Below are positions 50,113 through 63,776 of a stretch of DNA of 64,000 nt, piece after piece; within the stretch, counting starts at the first letter, position 1; each line of letters starts with the position of its first letter. A model generated the notes under the pieces. It made no database searches. It saw only the letters and a list, made by a program, of their open reading frames with translations, and had not been told where the DNA came from. Made by a program: the position numbers and the translations under genes. This DNA comes from Eledone cirrhosa. Its lineage: Eukaryota. The stretch lies in NCBI GenBank assembly GCA_964016885.1, contig OZ024741.1:239940001-240004000 (forward strand), in the 5' to 3' direction.

Positions 50113-52488
50113 TGGAGTAGGTTTTGGTAAAGTTCTTGACTGAACTGAAGCTTCATATTTATTCTGTAGCTGACCTTCTGAATAACATTCACTCTTTGAT
50201 CTCTCAGAATATATATTTCTTTTTATCATCTCTTCTGTATTCCTTGACATAGCAACAGGATTATTAGACTGATACAACAATTGTTTCATCTCTGTTCTAC
50301 CTTGGTATGCTGTAGTCTTTGTTGTAGTAGCTGTGTTATCTCTGTGTTTAATACATTTCATTATACACAGTGTTATAGAAACAACAATAGCCACTGATAC
50401 TATTACTGCTGATGATACAATGATAATAACCCATGTCATATGGACTCTACCTGAAGATTGTAAAGGTACACTTTTCAACATTGGTGATGTCTCATTACTA
50501 ACAGCCAATACCAAAGTCACACTAGTTGTTGATGACTGAACTGGACTACCACTGTCTTTTACAACAAACTTTAGTTCATAACTTCCAGCATCATTTAGAT
50601 AAACTTGTCTGGAGAATGATAAAGCACCACTGTGTGAGTTCATAGTAAACAACTGTTTATTATTTCCTTGTGTGATTCCATATGTGAGGAAAGCATTGTT
50701 TCCACTGTCACCATCAGATGCTCTCAAAACTGTGATGTCACTCTTACTCTGGGGATGGTAGTGGACATTTAGGGTGTAAGGGTTAACACTAGGAAAGGTG
50801 AAGTACGGAACATTGTCATTTTGATCTAAAATCTCAACAACAACATTGGCTGTGTCATTCAGAGATGGACTTCCATTATCTTTGACAAAAACCTCAAATT
50901 TATACACATCTTGTTTCTCTCTGTCTAATGACATGGTGGCTGAAATAAAGCCATAACTGGTGATCAGAAATGGTAGATTTGATTTTTCTTTATGTATCAG
51001 AGAATATGTGAGTTGTCCAGCAGATCTAAGGTCAGGGTCAGTGGCATTGACAAAACCAATAGGGAAGTCTTTATCTTTGTTTTCATAGGTCAGGAATTGG
51101 AATGTATCTTTGGTAAACTGTGGTTGTACATCATTGATATCAGTCACTTGGATAGAGAGAGTTTTAACACTTTTAAGAGGTGGTAATCCTTTATCTTGAC
51201 ATGAGACAGGAATGTTATAGTGTCCTTGTGTTTCTCTGTCTACTGGTTTATTTAGAACTATTTTATATTCTTTAGATCCCATTGAATGTAGTTTGAATGT
51301 ATCATGTTTGATATCACAGCTGACCTCTCCATTCTGTCCAACATCATTGTCAGTGACCATCACATAAGCAATGAAACTACCAACTTTGATCTTCTCAGAA
51401 ATGGTTCCTGAGTTATAATTGGTTGCAGAAACATAATCTATATCAATAGATGGAGGGTTGTTGTGTTGGTTAACAACATTTACTAGAACTGTTGCTATGG
51501 AATTAAGAGGAGGACTGCCCCCATCTCTGGCCTCGATAAATAGCTCATAACTTTTTCGTTTTCCTAAACTTGAATATTTATTTAAGAAAATATTTCCACT
51601 GGTTTCATTTAACTGAAAATAACTTTTGGCTAGATCTGATGTTTTGGGGCTGAAATGAAAAGTAATTTTACCATTTTCACCAGAATCAGAATCTGTTACA
51701 GATAAAACAATGATAGGTTTAGATTTGTGATGTGTACTTTGTATGGATATATTATATAGAGGTTTAGAAAACTCGGGTGGGTTATCATTCACATCTATTA
51801 TAGAAATATTTATATTTAAAATACCTTGTTTTGATGGTGAACCTCCATCCTTAGCTATGACCTGTAGTAAATATTTATCTTTGATTTCTCTGTCTAATGA
51901 ATCTTTCAATACTATTCTAAGAGAAGAAATACCATCAGCTCTTTTAGAGACTGACAGAGAGAATGGTTCTCCATTCTTGGATTTTAATTTATATTGTATT
52001 AAGGAGTTTTGAAACCCTACATCTTTGTCTATGGCATTTGGTATTGATACTTTAGAACCTTTGCTATCATTTTCATCAAAGTGTATGTTGACACTCTTCA
52101 TAGGAAAGTCTGGTTGATGGTCATTGATGTCTTCTATTACTATTTTGACTTTTAATATTTTTGTGAAAGTTTCTACTTTCTTTATAATAATTTTCATAGT
52201 TCTAGAACATTCCTTGTTGAAAAAACACAGTTTCTCTGCATCCAGTGTCTGAGCAGTGTACAGTTTACCTGTTTTGGTGATATTAAATAACTGTGCCACC
52301 TTTCGCTTAAATTGACTAAATGTTATCAATTGTTGGTCAGATGGTTTAACATTGTCTAAAAGTTTAGAATCAGCAGCAATGTCTGCTACATATGTTCCTG
52401 GACTTCTCTCTTCTTCCACATGGTAGGTAAGGTCTATGGTCAGAACACAGTGGACCATTGATAATACAATAGACAATGACAGTAACAT
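50113..52488 (-). CDS. PCDH: Protocadherin D exon 2 coding part (792 codons)
   Basis: Same layout as A; exon start 52548; donor CCA|gtaagt. Confidence 0.95.
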
Positions 52489-55400
52489 ATTGTAGTTGTT
52501 GATGTTTTGGTACCAGTTAAAGATGGCCAGATATCTTGAGTATTGAACCTGAAACAGAGTATTATTACCTTAATTATAATTAATGTACATTACACATAGA
52601 TAATAAAACAAAATGGTATATTATTTTGTTAACAGCCTTACCTGTAAATGAGTGGCAATGTTTGTAGACTTTGTAAGTCATTTGCTGTATTTGAAGTAAC
52701 AGGGTTTGAGAGCGTATGTGGCACCATACTCTGTTATTGCACATCATTCATTTTGAATATTTTTGTTATCTAAGTATAGATGGCCAGTTTTGTGCATGTG
52801 TCCCCTCAGAATTGACATAATCTATAATAGATCTAAAATTTGTAAGCATACTATCATTTCATCTCTTTATGAGATTGTGAGTGCTCTAGATATATATCTA
52901 GTATCATTTCCCTCTTCTTTATTACATATTCTATATGTACTGAAAATTATATAATTCCTAGTATTTTTGTCAATTATTTATGTCTGGTATGTTTATTGAG
53001 TGTGATTGATTTATAGTAAATGATGTTATGAAGGGAGATGTTATTTTAGTAGATGGTGCATTTTGCTTATGTGATTTGGACCAGGTTTCTAGGTTGTTAA
53101 ATAATTATTTCTAACTATATTTCCTCTTCTCCCATCCATCCAACTAACATCTCTTTCATTCAATTGTGATTGATTACCCCCAATAGTAATGTTGTATTTT
53201 ACTTCATTGTTAAAAATGTTTGAACATACATCATCAATTAATGAAAGAGATATCTTCAGTCAACAATACTGGTATGGGGGAGGGGTCTATGAAACTACTC
53301 ATGTCAATGGTGTCATATGCAACCCAATGGTTGCAGATAACCATGATGTTTCCCTTGGGATAAATTATCAATTTGTGACATATTTTCACAAATTATATTC
53401 TTAATGTATAAAGATGAACATCATAGTATATAATGTGAGCTTCTGACAAATAGAATCTTTAGAATTAGTTTGTTTTCAGTTAATTTCATTAGGAAATATG
53501 TTGCATGCATGACCTGATATCTAATTAAACTTAAAATATTATTTGTAGTAAAATTCATTTCTAATTGCTTCTGGTAGGCATGTCAGCATTTAACTGCCTC
53601 ATCCAAAAAGTCAATTTTGAAAATCTAGTTGGTTTGTAAAACTCATCAATTACATGTCATACTATTAATGACAGTTATCACAGTTTTCATATTCATGAGA
53701 ATAATGACTCTTCTCTTCAGACATTAGTAATTGCTGTTGTCTATGATTGTTTATTTATAGACTGGGCATGAGGAAGAAGTTGAGCCTACATCTACAGGCC
53801 ACTCATGTTTCATTATCAAATAGTGTATAATATTTAGTCTAACCCATGCTAGCGTGGAAGATGGACGTTAAATGAAGATGATGATGATAATGATGATGAT
53901 GATTTAGTATAACAACAATCCAGAAGACTTATGTAGAAGTGTATTTGTTCTATTCAGAAATAAACTTATTACTTCTTAATATAACATGTGAAATAATTAA
54001 CACATTGGTTCACGTACACTGAGATTCTCATCATCATCATCTTTAACATCTGTCTCTCTTGCTAACAAGGGTCTTCACACACCAAGTCAGAAGTCAAGCA
54101 GAGCTACTGACCTCTCAGATAGATTGGAGACCTACATTTAGCTTAGTTTATCATTACTAGGAAGGTTCTCATGTCTTTGACATGGCTAAAAAGTCATCCT
54201 GACCCTTTGTTTGGCATGTTTTCTATGGCTAAATATCCTTCCTATTACCAACCAGTTTACAAAGAGTACTGAATACATTTATTGTGGAGATCACCATCAC
54301 TAGGGAAGTTGACTGACATAACTGAGAAGCCCTTCAGACCCTTTGTTTGGCAAGCTTTCTAAGGCTGGATGCCCAACTTATCAACAAACAATTTGCAGAA
54401 AAGAAAAAGAAGCAGTTTCATGATAACGATTTCATTTTAAAAATAAATGTGGCTGTAGATAGAAAGGAAATATATAAAATAGAAAGAAGTAAATATTAGT
54501 GGTGATTACTTTTTGTTCCACCCACAACATACTCATTTGTAATTCTATTTTCAGTAATGTATATCTATATCCACACTAAGTGAAAAAATAAACTTATATT
54601 CTTCTAGTAATCAGGGAAACAACACAGCGTAAACTTGTATTCTTGAATGAAACATTGATTAATCACTAAAATAATACAAATAAGATTCCAAGTTATACAT
54701 AATATCGATCCATATTAAAGGTATTTTAGTGAAACCTACTTCAGTTTAATTGAAAACATGTTATTCCTAGGATGTGCTGTAGCTGGACCACTGTCAGATA
54801 TGACAATGAATGCTCTAGTTGATTCAATCAATGAAACTGTCTGTTCATGAAATTAATGTGTTAGTTGCAGAGTTTTCCATAGACAAGAGCATCCTTAACA
54901 TAATTCTCAGAGAGATTCAATTTGACATACTGTGTAACAAAGCTGGCCCCTTGAATTACAGGTACAAGACGTTTGCCAGCTGAGTTGACTGAAGTGACGA
55001 GAAATAAACTGTACTGTGCAAAGACACAACACACTGCTCTATATCCTAACCACTAAGGCAGCTGCCTTTACATTCACAAACAAAAGAAAATTACATGAAA
55101 TGAAAAAATGTAAATTGCATTAAAAAGTAAACAGATTACTAACATGTTGAAAAACACATTTTGAATTTATATTTCTATATACAATATAGTTAATTCTCCT
55201 TATACAAAATAATCTATGATGAAAATTATATTATTATGATAATATTTAATCATGTAATAATATAAAAATATAAATGAATTATGGAAATATTATTATTCAC
55301 AAAAAAGAAAAATAATGTAAGAAAGATTTAAAATTTTGCTTGAATTTACTTGGGTATGAAATTTTCAAATAAATTTAGATTTATTGACATTGTAAAAGTA

Positions 55401-55999
55401 CAATGACTTATTAAAATGTGGACATATAATTTAAGAAAAAAATACATCATAAGAGAAATGTATAAAATACATATATTTGCAATATCACCTATCTAAAATA
55501 CAGTCAGACCATCACAATATATGCTGCCATTTCCCTTCATGACAGCTGTAAAACCTTAGTCTGTCTGCCATTACCCTAACTAAAGTCTACAACACACCAC
55601 TGCTGCATTACAACTAACAAACTATACATCATAACCAGATTTGAATACATTTAACAAATATATTTACATTATATATCTAATATCTTAATATACCTTGAAT
55701 ATACCATCTACTATACAGGCACAACAGGACATCTTATAGCAAAAACAAATGTACACTATAACACTACATTATATAAACACAAATAATAATGTTTCTATGG
55801 AATAAAGTAGCAATATTAAACATTTTAACCAAAAACATCTCATTAGTTGTGAAATAAAACAATATGGACAATATTAATGAAATATATATATGATATTGTT
55901 CAATCTCTTTGTTCTCTTGTTAATATTAAATAGGTTAGAAAAATATCTTACAAATTCACTGAGATTTAGTATATAAAATGAGATTAAATAGAAACTTAC

Positions 56000-56440
56000 C
56001 TCTTTAATAATTATATCCTTGGTTATTCAGTGAGAATAGAAAGATGTATTGTTGTAGAAAGCTCCATTGTAAGTGCTGCTGTAACGGTGTGTGACAATGG
56101 CTGTATGTTGATGGAGTAGTGTAGCACGTCAGGCAGATAGTCTGCTGCTAGGATAGGGTTGTGTGTGTTATTGGAGTTGTATGTTTGTGGCAGTACATCT
56201 CTCTAATAATATTGTGTATGTATTTATCCTTAAATATGATGTTTGTTTACTGTTATCAATAACTATTTACATATATATAGAAATATATTTAAATAGCTAT
56301 AATATTCTATATAGTTAAACATAACATATTTGGTTTAATAACATCAGTAATGTCAATGTTTCTCTTTGTTAATGAATTCTGTCTATGTTTTATTGAGAAT
56401 CTGATTGGTTGAATGACCTAAACAGAAGACCAATGACAAT
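56000..56440 (-). promoter_or_regulatory. Protocadherin D non-coding exon 1 and promoter cassette
   Basis: Donor at 55999, TATTTAAA 56288-56295, AACCAATCAG 56401-56410. Confidence 0.75.
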
Positions 56441-56767
56441 GTTCTCTTTAGTATTGATTTGTAGGAGGCTGTATATTTATAGCAGGTAAGAATTAGATTA
56501 AGTGATGTTCATGCTTTTCTTAAGAACATTAGTAATGTAGAAAACTAATTTCATCACATTTTCCTTACATATTTGAGTTATTATTTTCATTCAAAATTAT
56601 ATTTATTGCTATGTTAATAAAATTACATTCCATTGCTTAAAGAAATTTGTCTTTAGGTAACTTATTAACATACTTATTCTAATGCACACACACACATCTA
56701 ATTGTGTGTATATGTATGTATGTGTATATATATATATGTGTGTGTGTATGTCACTTCCCTAATATAA

Positions 56768-56844
56768 TTACACATGTTTCACTGGTGTTTCTTCACTGGA
56801 ATCTTTTGATGTAGATGTATCATTGTTTTTATATATGTTTTGAT
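56768..56844 (-). CDS. PCDH: Protocadherin E exon 4 (terminal, ...EETPVKHV*)
   Basis: Acceptor ttttcag; synonymous changes (AAC, GTG) relative to B. Confidence 0.82.
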
Positions 56845-57105
56845 CTGAAAATTAAAAAGAAAAAAGATTTAATAAAATGTTTTTTCAATTACCATACCAT
56901 TATTAATTCTAATTTACAAAAGAAATACACACTACAAAATTATGTTAATTATATCAAAATAAATAACAAACACCTCAATAAGATAAAAGCTTCTCAGAAT
57001 TTCTAGGAACCAAATGAGTAAATGAGAAAATTCATTCATACTAACTACAAATTCAAAATATGCCAAAAATGATTGTTAATAAATATCTATATTTAAGATA
57101 TTAAC

Positions 57106-57271
57106 CTGATATTCCTGGTATTTCTTCATAATGTTTTGTGTCACCTGCATTCAATACACGTCTACTACTTCTCTTAGATGACATTGTATCTGATGTATAG
57201 TTACAAACTATAGGAGGATTATCTTCCACAGCATCATCACTTGATGTCACAACAACAGGTTGACAATATTT
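57106..57271 (-). CDS. PCDH: Protocadherin E exon 3
   Basis: 166 nt with the same splice sites as B. Confidence 0.87.
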
Positions 57272-57408
57272 CTGTTGACAAACAAACCAAGAGAAATGTG
57301 AGGAGACATCAAACAATCCTAGTTACAATAAACATGTAGTTTACAATTTAATATTGGACTATATTATTGAAGATAAAACATTGTTAAAATAATCTTATTG
57401 TTTATCTT

Positions 57409-58148
57409 TGGGTGTTCTGAAAGCACAGTAGCCAAAGAACAGGATGGAAGAAGTTCAGGCAGCTAAGCTGCGAAAGGCTTTTCCCTCAAATTGAAAGGCA
57501 GAATGTATGATGCATGCATACAAACAGCAATGCTGCTTGGTAGTGAGACATGGGCTCTGTGTGCAGAAGACTTGCGTAGATAGGAAAGGAATTAAGCTTG
57601 CATGTGCCGATGCATGTATAATAGTAATATACGAGAACGGCGAAACATCAACGAACTGACAGAGAAACCAGTCATAGGAGGAATCGGATGCAGTGTGCCG
57701 GAGAGGAGACTACATTGGAATGGACCCTCCTATACATCTCTCACAAGAGTAGAAGAAGGTATACATCCAGTGAAGCCCGCAGCCTACACTGTAAAGTGAT
57801 CATGATGGTGACACAGCAAATAGCGCCCAGCCCGCACTGTAAAGTGGTAGTGTAGGTGTCATGACAAAAAGCATCCAATCCACATAGTAAGGTGGTCATG
57901 TTGGTGACACAAAAAAAATCACCCAGTACTTACTGTAAATGAGGTTGGTGTTAGGAAGGGCATCTAACCCATGCTAGCATGGAAGATGGATGTTAAACGA
58001 AGATGATGATGATGATCCAGCTGTAGAAACCAAGCCAAAATCAGTTCTGTATGTGCAAGACATGGTAACCTGACCTAGCATTGCCCACAACATGACAACT
58101 CGTCTAACCCATGCTAGCATGGAAAAATTGACGCAAAACGGTGATGAT
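57409..58148 (+). mobile_element. Degenerate RTE 3' fragment in E intron 2
   Basis: ggatggaagaagttcagg, gaaaggcagaatgtatgatgc and ggtagtgagacatggg match the RTE; GAT tails. Confidence 0.8.
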
Positions 58149-58371
58149 ATATGTGTGTGTGTGTGTGTATATACGAAACACAAATAGGCACCACAAAACA
58201 AACAAAACAAGATGGAGTAGAGGTTTAAGACCAGGAAAAAGAGGAGAGACAAAACAGATAATCATTGAGGAGGTAACAGAATGTGTGACAAAAGAAATTT
58301 GATAAACAAATGAATAACAGACAATAAAGATAGAGAGAGAAGAGAGAAAATATTTTAATCTTTTCACTTAC

Positions 58372-60747
58372 TGGGGTAGGTTTTGGTAAAGTTCTTGACT
58401 GAACTGAAGCTTCATATTTATTCTGTAGCTGACCTTCTGAATAACATTCACTCTTTGATCTCTCAGAATATATATTTCTTTTTATCATCTCTTCTGTATT
58501 CCTTGACATAGCAACAGGATTGTTAGACTGATACAACAATTGTTTCATCTCTGTTCTACCTTGGTATGCTGTAGTCTTTGTTGTAGTAGCTGTGTTATCT
58601 CTGTGTTTAATACATTTCATTATACACAGTGTTATAGAAACAACAATAGCCACTGATACTATTACTGCTGATGATACAATGATAATAACCCATGTCATAT
58701 GGACTCTACCTGAAGATTGTATAGGTACACTTTTCAACATTGGTGATGTCTCATTACTAACAGCCAATACCAAAGTCACACTAGTTGTTGATGACTGAAC
58801 TGGACTACCACTGTCTTTTACAACAAACTTTAGTTCATAACTTCCAGCATCATTTAGATAAACTTGTCTGGAGAAGGATAAAGCACCACTGTGTGAGTTC
58901 ATAGTAAACAACTGTTTATTATTTCCTTGTATGATTCCATATATGAGGAAAGCATTGTTTCCACTGTCACCATCAGATGCTCTCAAAACTGTGATGTCAC
59001 TCTTACTCTGGGGATGGTAGTGGACATTTAGGGTGTAAGGGTTAACACTAGGAAAGGTGAAATATGGAACATTGTCATTTTGATCTAAAATCTCAACAAC
59101 AACATTAGCTGTGTCATTCAGAGATGGACTTCCATTATCTTTGACAAAAACCTCAAATTTATACACATCTTGTTTCTCTCTGTCTAATGACATGGTGGCT
59201 GAAATAAAGCCATAACTGGTGATCAGAAATGGTAGATTTGATTTTTCTTTATGTATCAGAGAATATGTGAGTTGTCCAGCAGATCCAAGGTCAGGGTCAG
59301 TGGCATTGACAAAACCAATAGGGAAGTCTTTATCTTTGTTTTCATAGGTCAGGAATTGGAATGTATCTTTGGTAAATTGTGGTTGTACATCATTGATATC
59401 AGTCACTTGGATAGAGAGAGTTTTAACACTTTTAAGAGGTGGTAATCCTTTATCTTGACATGAAACAGGAATGTTATAGTGTCCTTGTGTTTCTCTGTCT
59501 ACTGGTTTGTTTAGAACTATTTTATATTCTTTAGATCCCATTGACTGTAGTTTGAATGTATCATGTTTGATATCACAGCTGACCTCTCCATTTTGTCCAA
59601 CATCATTGTCAGTGACCATCACATAAGCAATGAAACTACCAACTTTAATATCTTCAGAAATGGTAGCTGTGTGGTCATTGATAGCAGAAACATAATCTAT
59701 ATCAATAGATGGAGGGTTGTTGTGTTGGTTGACAATATTTATCAGAACTGTTGCTATAGAACTGTGAGGGGGGCTACCACCATCTCTGGCCTCTATAAAT
59801 AATTCATAGGTTTTCTTTTTTCCTAAACTTGAATATTTATTTAAGAAAATATTTCCAATGGTTTCATTTAATTGGAAATAACTTTTTGCTAGATCTGATG
59901 TCTTTGGACTGAAATGGAAAGTAATTTTACCATTTTCACCAGAATCAGAATCTGTTACAGATAAAACAATGATAGGTTTAGATTTGTGATGTGTACTTTG
60001 TATGGATATATTATATAGAGGTTTAGAAAATACTGGTGGGTTGTCATTCACATCTATTATAGAGATATTTATATTTAAAATACCTTCTTTTGATGGTGAA
60101 CCTCCATCTTTAGCTATGACCTGTAGTAAATATGTATCTTTGATTTCTCTGTCTAATGATTCTTTTAAAACTATTTTAAGAGAAGAAATACCATCAGCTC
60201 TTTTAGAGACTGACAGAGAGAATGGTTCTCCATTCTTGGATTTTAATTTATATTGTATTAATGAGTTTTGAAAACCTATATCTTTGTCTATGGCATTTGG
60301 TAGTGATTGTTTTGTGCCCTTTCCATCTGTTTCTGAGAACCTTAAAAAAATTTGTTTCTTAGGAAATTCAGGTTTATGATCATTGATATCTTCTATTACT
60401 ATTTTGATTTTTAATATTTTAGTAACACTTCTTCCTTTATTAATAACAACCTTAACTGTTCTAGAACATTCTTTGTTAAATGTACAGAGCCTCTCTGCAT
60501 CCAGTGTCTGAGCAGTGTACAGTTTACCTGTTTTGGTGACATTAAATAACTGTGCCACCTTTCGTTTAAATTGACTGAATGTTATCAATTGTTGGTCAGA
60601 TGGTTTAACATTGTCTAAAAGTTTAGAATCAGCAGCAATGTCTGCTACATATGTTCCTGGACTTCTCTCTTCTTCCACATGGTAGGTAAGATCGATGGTC
60701 AGAACACAGTGTACCATTGATAATACAATGGACAATGACAGTAACAT
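58372..60747 (-). CDS. PCDH: Protocadherin E exon 2 coding part (792 codons); exon 1 lies beyond the window
   Basis: Likely start MLLSLSIV at 60747 by alignment with A-D; acceptor tttcag gives exon start 60810; donor CCA|gtaagt. Confidence 0.94.
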
Positions 60748-60939
60748 ATTGTTGTAGTTGTTGTTGTGTTGGTACTGGTTAATGATGTCCAGATATGCTG
60801 AGGATTGACCCTGAAACAAAAATACAAATTTCTCAATTATAATTTTAGTACATTTCCTGAAGATTAGTAAAAGTATATGGTATATAATTGTGTTTATAGC
60901 CTCATGAAATATATCAGTAATGGTTATATAACATTTCAA

Positions 60940-62330
60940 GGTCTATCTACCCCGTGTGTAGGGACAATAGTGCAAGACCAGAATAACTTGTGTTGAAGTT
61001 CTAGGAAGAGAATGTTACTGAGAGTCGCCAATTTGGAATATATATTGGTTGACCTGCTTAATATGTTCTTCTAAGAGTATAACAAGGTAGAGTTTCACTG
61101 CCATAACAGAACATTAGCTGGAGGTGATACAATTAGAAAATTCAGGAGTCAATATGAGATGGGATTTTGCAGGAATGAAACATAAGGTATGTTGGCAGTA
61201 TGTTGGTAAGTGTATCACTGTCAGTCGGTCAGATGACCTTTTTTTATAGGATGGTGGTTGAAGAGTGGGTGCTGTTGAAGGGCACTGGTTTATCATGTTT
61301 AAATATTGTTTAAATGCCTGTAAATGGAAAGCATGCATATCCACTTCAATGTGTCTAGGTTACCTGTACATGTAACCCATGAAAAATGGTTCAGAGAAAT
61401 GTATATTGTTACAAATAACATTAAATTCATTAACAAAAAAAAAAGGAATAGCTTGTGATACACTAAAGTTGAGATCACTCACACAAAAACTCATATCCAA
61501 AAGGTAAGGAATATTATTATGGAGTTCACATGTGAACAGTTTATATGTTCCCACTGAAGTTGTCAAGGGAAAGAGATCACTGATGTGTGACAAAAGTTTC
61601 TGATAGACCTACCTATATGAAGAAGACAATAGTAAGGATCACTGAGAAAGGTGAAACATTCAAACTGAGGGAGAAGGTGGCTGTATATGACTGCTCCCAC
61701 CCTCTTTGAGATGTTGGATAATAATTAGCAGGATCAGAAAGGTTTCCCTATTTGGGAATATGATGAACTGTATTTAGAACTAAAGGGCTTTTTGATAGTG
61801 CTACTATACTTGTGTGTATGCTTTTGTAGTCAATAGAACTGAATGGAAAGAAAAACAGTATTTCAAAAGTTGGGCTGTGTTAGTGTTCTGGGTTATCATA
61901 GATGTGCTTGAGTGATATAGTTTGTCATGTAGTTGGTGGCTTGTGTGATACCTATTATAATTCAAACTGTGCTATCTTGTGTTCCTAATAGTTCTTTTTT
62001 TAAAGAAACTGTGAAGCTAGGCATGTTTGTTATAACCTTTGATGTATCTAATATATTTTCTATATATAAATGTTGTTTCTTTGTATTGACCAAATATACT
62101 AACTATGAGCACTCTATGTATGTTTATGTCTTGTTTTACTTTAGTGTGTCTTCTACATTTCAGTGAAGGTTGTAAAGCCGTGTGGGTGGTTATGTTGCTA
62201 ATTGTGATGTTTGGTTCTGATGTTCTGCAGTGTTGCTAATAAGAATGGAGAGTATGAGCTATATTCAGTATATTTGTTTAAAGCCAGGTTTCTAGTTCAG
62301 TTGGGGTAGTTGTATAGCTCTGTGATGGGA
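60940..62330 (-). mobile_element. Highly decayed retroelement, possibly Penelope-like RT
   Basis: Broken minus-strand peptides (IIIGITQATNY, DYKSIHTSI, FKQYLN, YKKRSSD) fall in the order expected for Penelope-type RT motifs; weak evidence. Confidence 0.35.
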
Positions 62331-63548
62331 ATGGTAAATGCAACAATACCCATTTTGCATCTCCCAACAAGTCAAGTGTGAGATCAATGCAGAATATGAT
62401 TTGCTACATGGGGAAAAGCACTAAGGAATTTATATGAGAAGGTTTTCTGGTCATGAAATGCACTGTGTAAATCAAATTTGTATTTGTAATGTTACAGATG
62501 CACCTATTGGCTTTTATGTGAACCATTATTTTATCATGAATTTGAGAATTTTAACCCTTCATGGTTTTAATTACCTCACCACTAAATTGATTGGATACTT
62601 TTTAGCAAAAGAACAGAATGTATGACGATGATAGTGTAAAGTTCCACTAAATTAAGACAATAAGAAGTTAGATTACCTACTGATTTGTATTCTGTCAAAA
62701 GTATGGATGGCATCGAATAGACAAAACATCTCATCTCTCATTGAAAGTAAGTCTTTTGAAGAGATAAGTCTAACAAATGTTAAGAATATATCTTATCCAC
62801 ATTGCTATTCTAATAATATAGTAGTTGTTATAATTTCTAGATTAAATTAGGTAATATTATGATGAAAGATTGTTGGGTTACAATAACACAGATGTTTATA
62901 CTGTAGCTTAATGTCTACATAGTTTTGATTTTAATGGGTATTTTACTAACCCTAAATGATGTGTAAAATCATTAATAAAATATAACGCGTCTAATCTTAT
63001 ATATAAAAAAAAAATGTTCATTATACTGAATATTAACTGAGGATCCAATAATTCAAACCATGTCATTGTTAGGTCTTCATTTTTTAATCGTTTTTTTTTT
63101 TTTACTGGCTCAAATTTTCTTCATTCTGATTGAGTTTAGTCATCAATAATAACCCAACATTGAACTTCAGGAAAAGTAAACCAGTAAATAATGTTTTATT
63201 TTACATCATTACTAAAAATGCCTCAATATAATTATTAATTAGTAGTAGAGATGTCTTTATTTAACAGTGTTCATATAGCAGTTTTTAAAACACCTAATAT
63301 CAATAGTTTTAATAGTAACTTCCTTAGGATAAATTATCTATTTATTATTTCAATATACAATTTCACAATAATGATTATATTATAAAATTAAATGTTGCCA
63401 GATGCAAATAACATATATGAAATAGAATCATAAGTGAACATTGGGGTCTTTTTTTAAATTCTCCCACCGCACACTAATGTTTCTCCTTTTCTTTCAAGAT
63501 ATTTGTATGAATTAGCACACTTAACTTAAAAATACAAACGTGTACTCT

Positions 63549-63776
63549 CAACCCTTTAGCATTTACATTACTCTATATTTACTATTATATTTTCGAGGAA
63601 AACACTTTATCTTACTCAATTATCTCACATGATATCGAATCTATGAGAATTTGATATTATTTATTTTGAGAACAATACCCTAACATCAGTATGAGTGGCT
63701 GGTTGCAGCCGGTTTGAACAGAAAGAAGTGAGAGAATTCTGGCCAGATATGGCTGGTTTAAATGCTAACGGTTTAA
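63549..63776. mobile_element. piggyBac-type MITE copy
   Basis: accctttagcattta ... taaatgctaacggtttaa; body matches 22155-22406. Confidence 0.75.

Noticed and set aside
8070-60747. Vertebrate-style locus with variable exons and one shared constant region
   Set aside because: Each ectodomain exon has its own intact exons 3 and 4; sharing is possible but neither required nor shown.
58225-60939. 904-aa protocadherin E with long N- and C-terminal extensions
   Set aside because: The extensions run through intron 1 (acceptor at 60811-60812) and intron 2; the paralog-aligned start is 60747.
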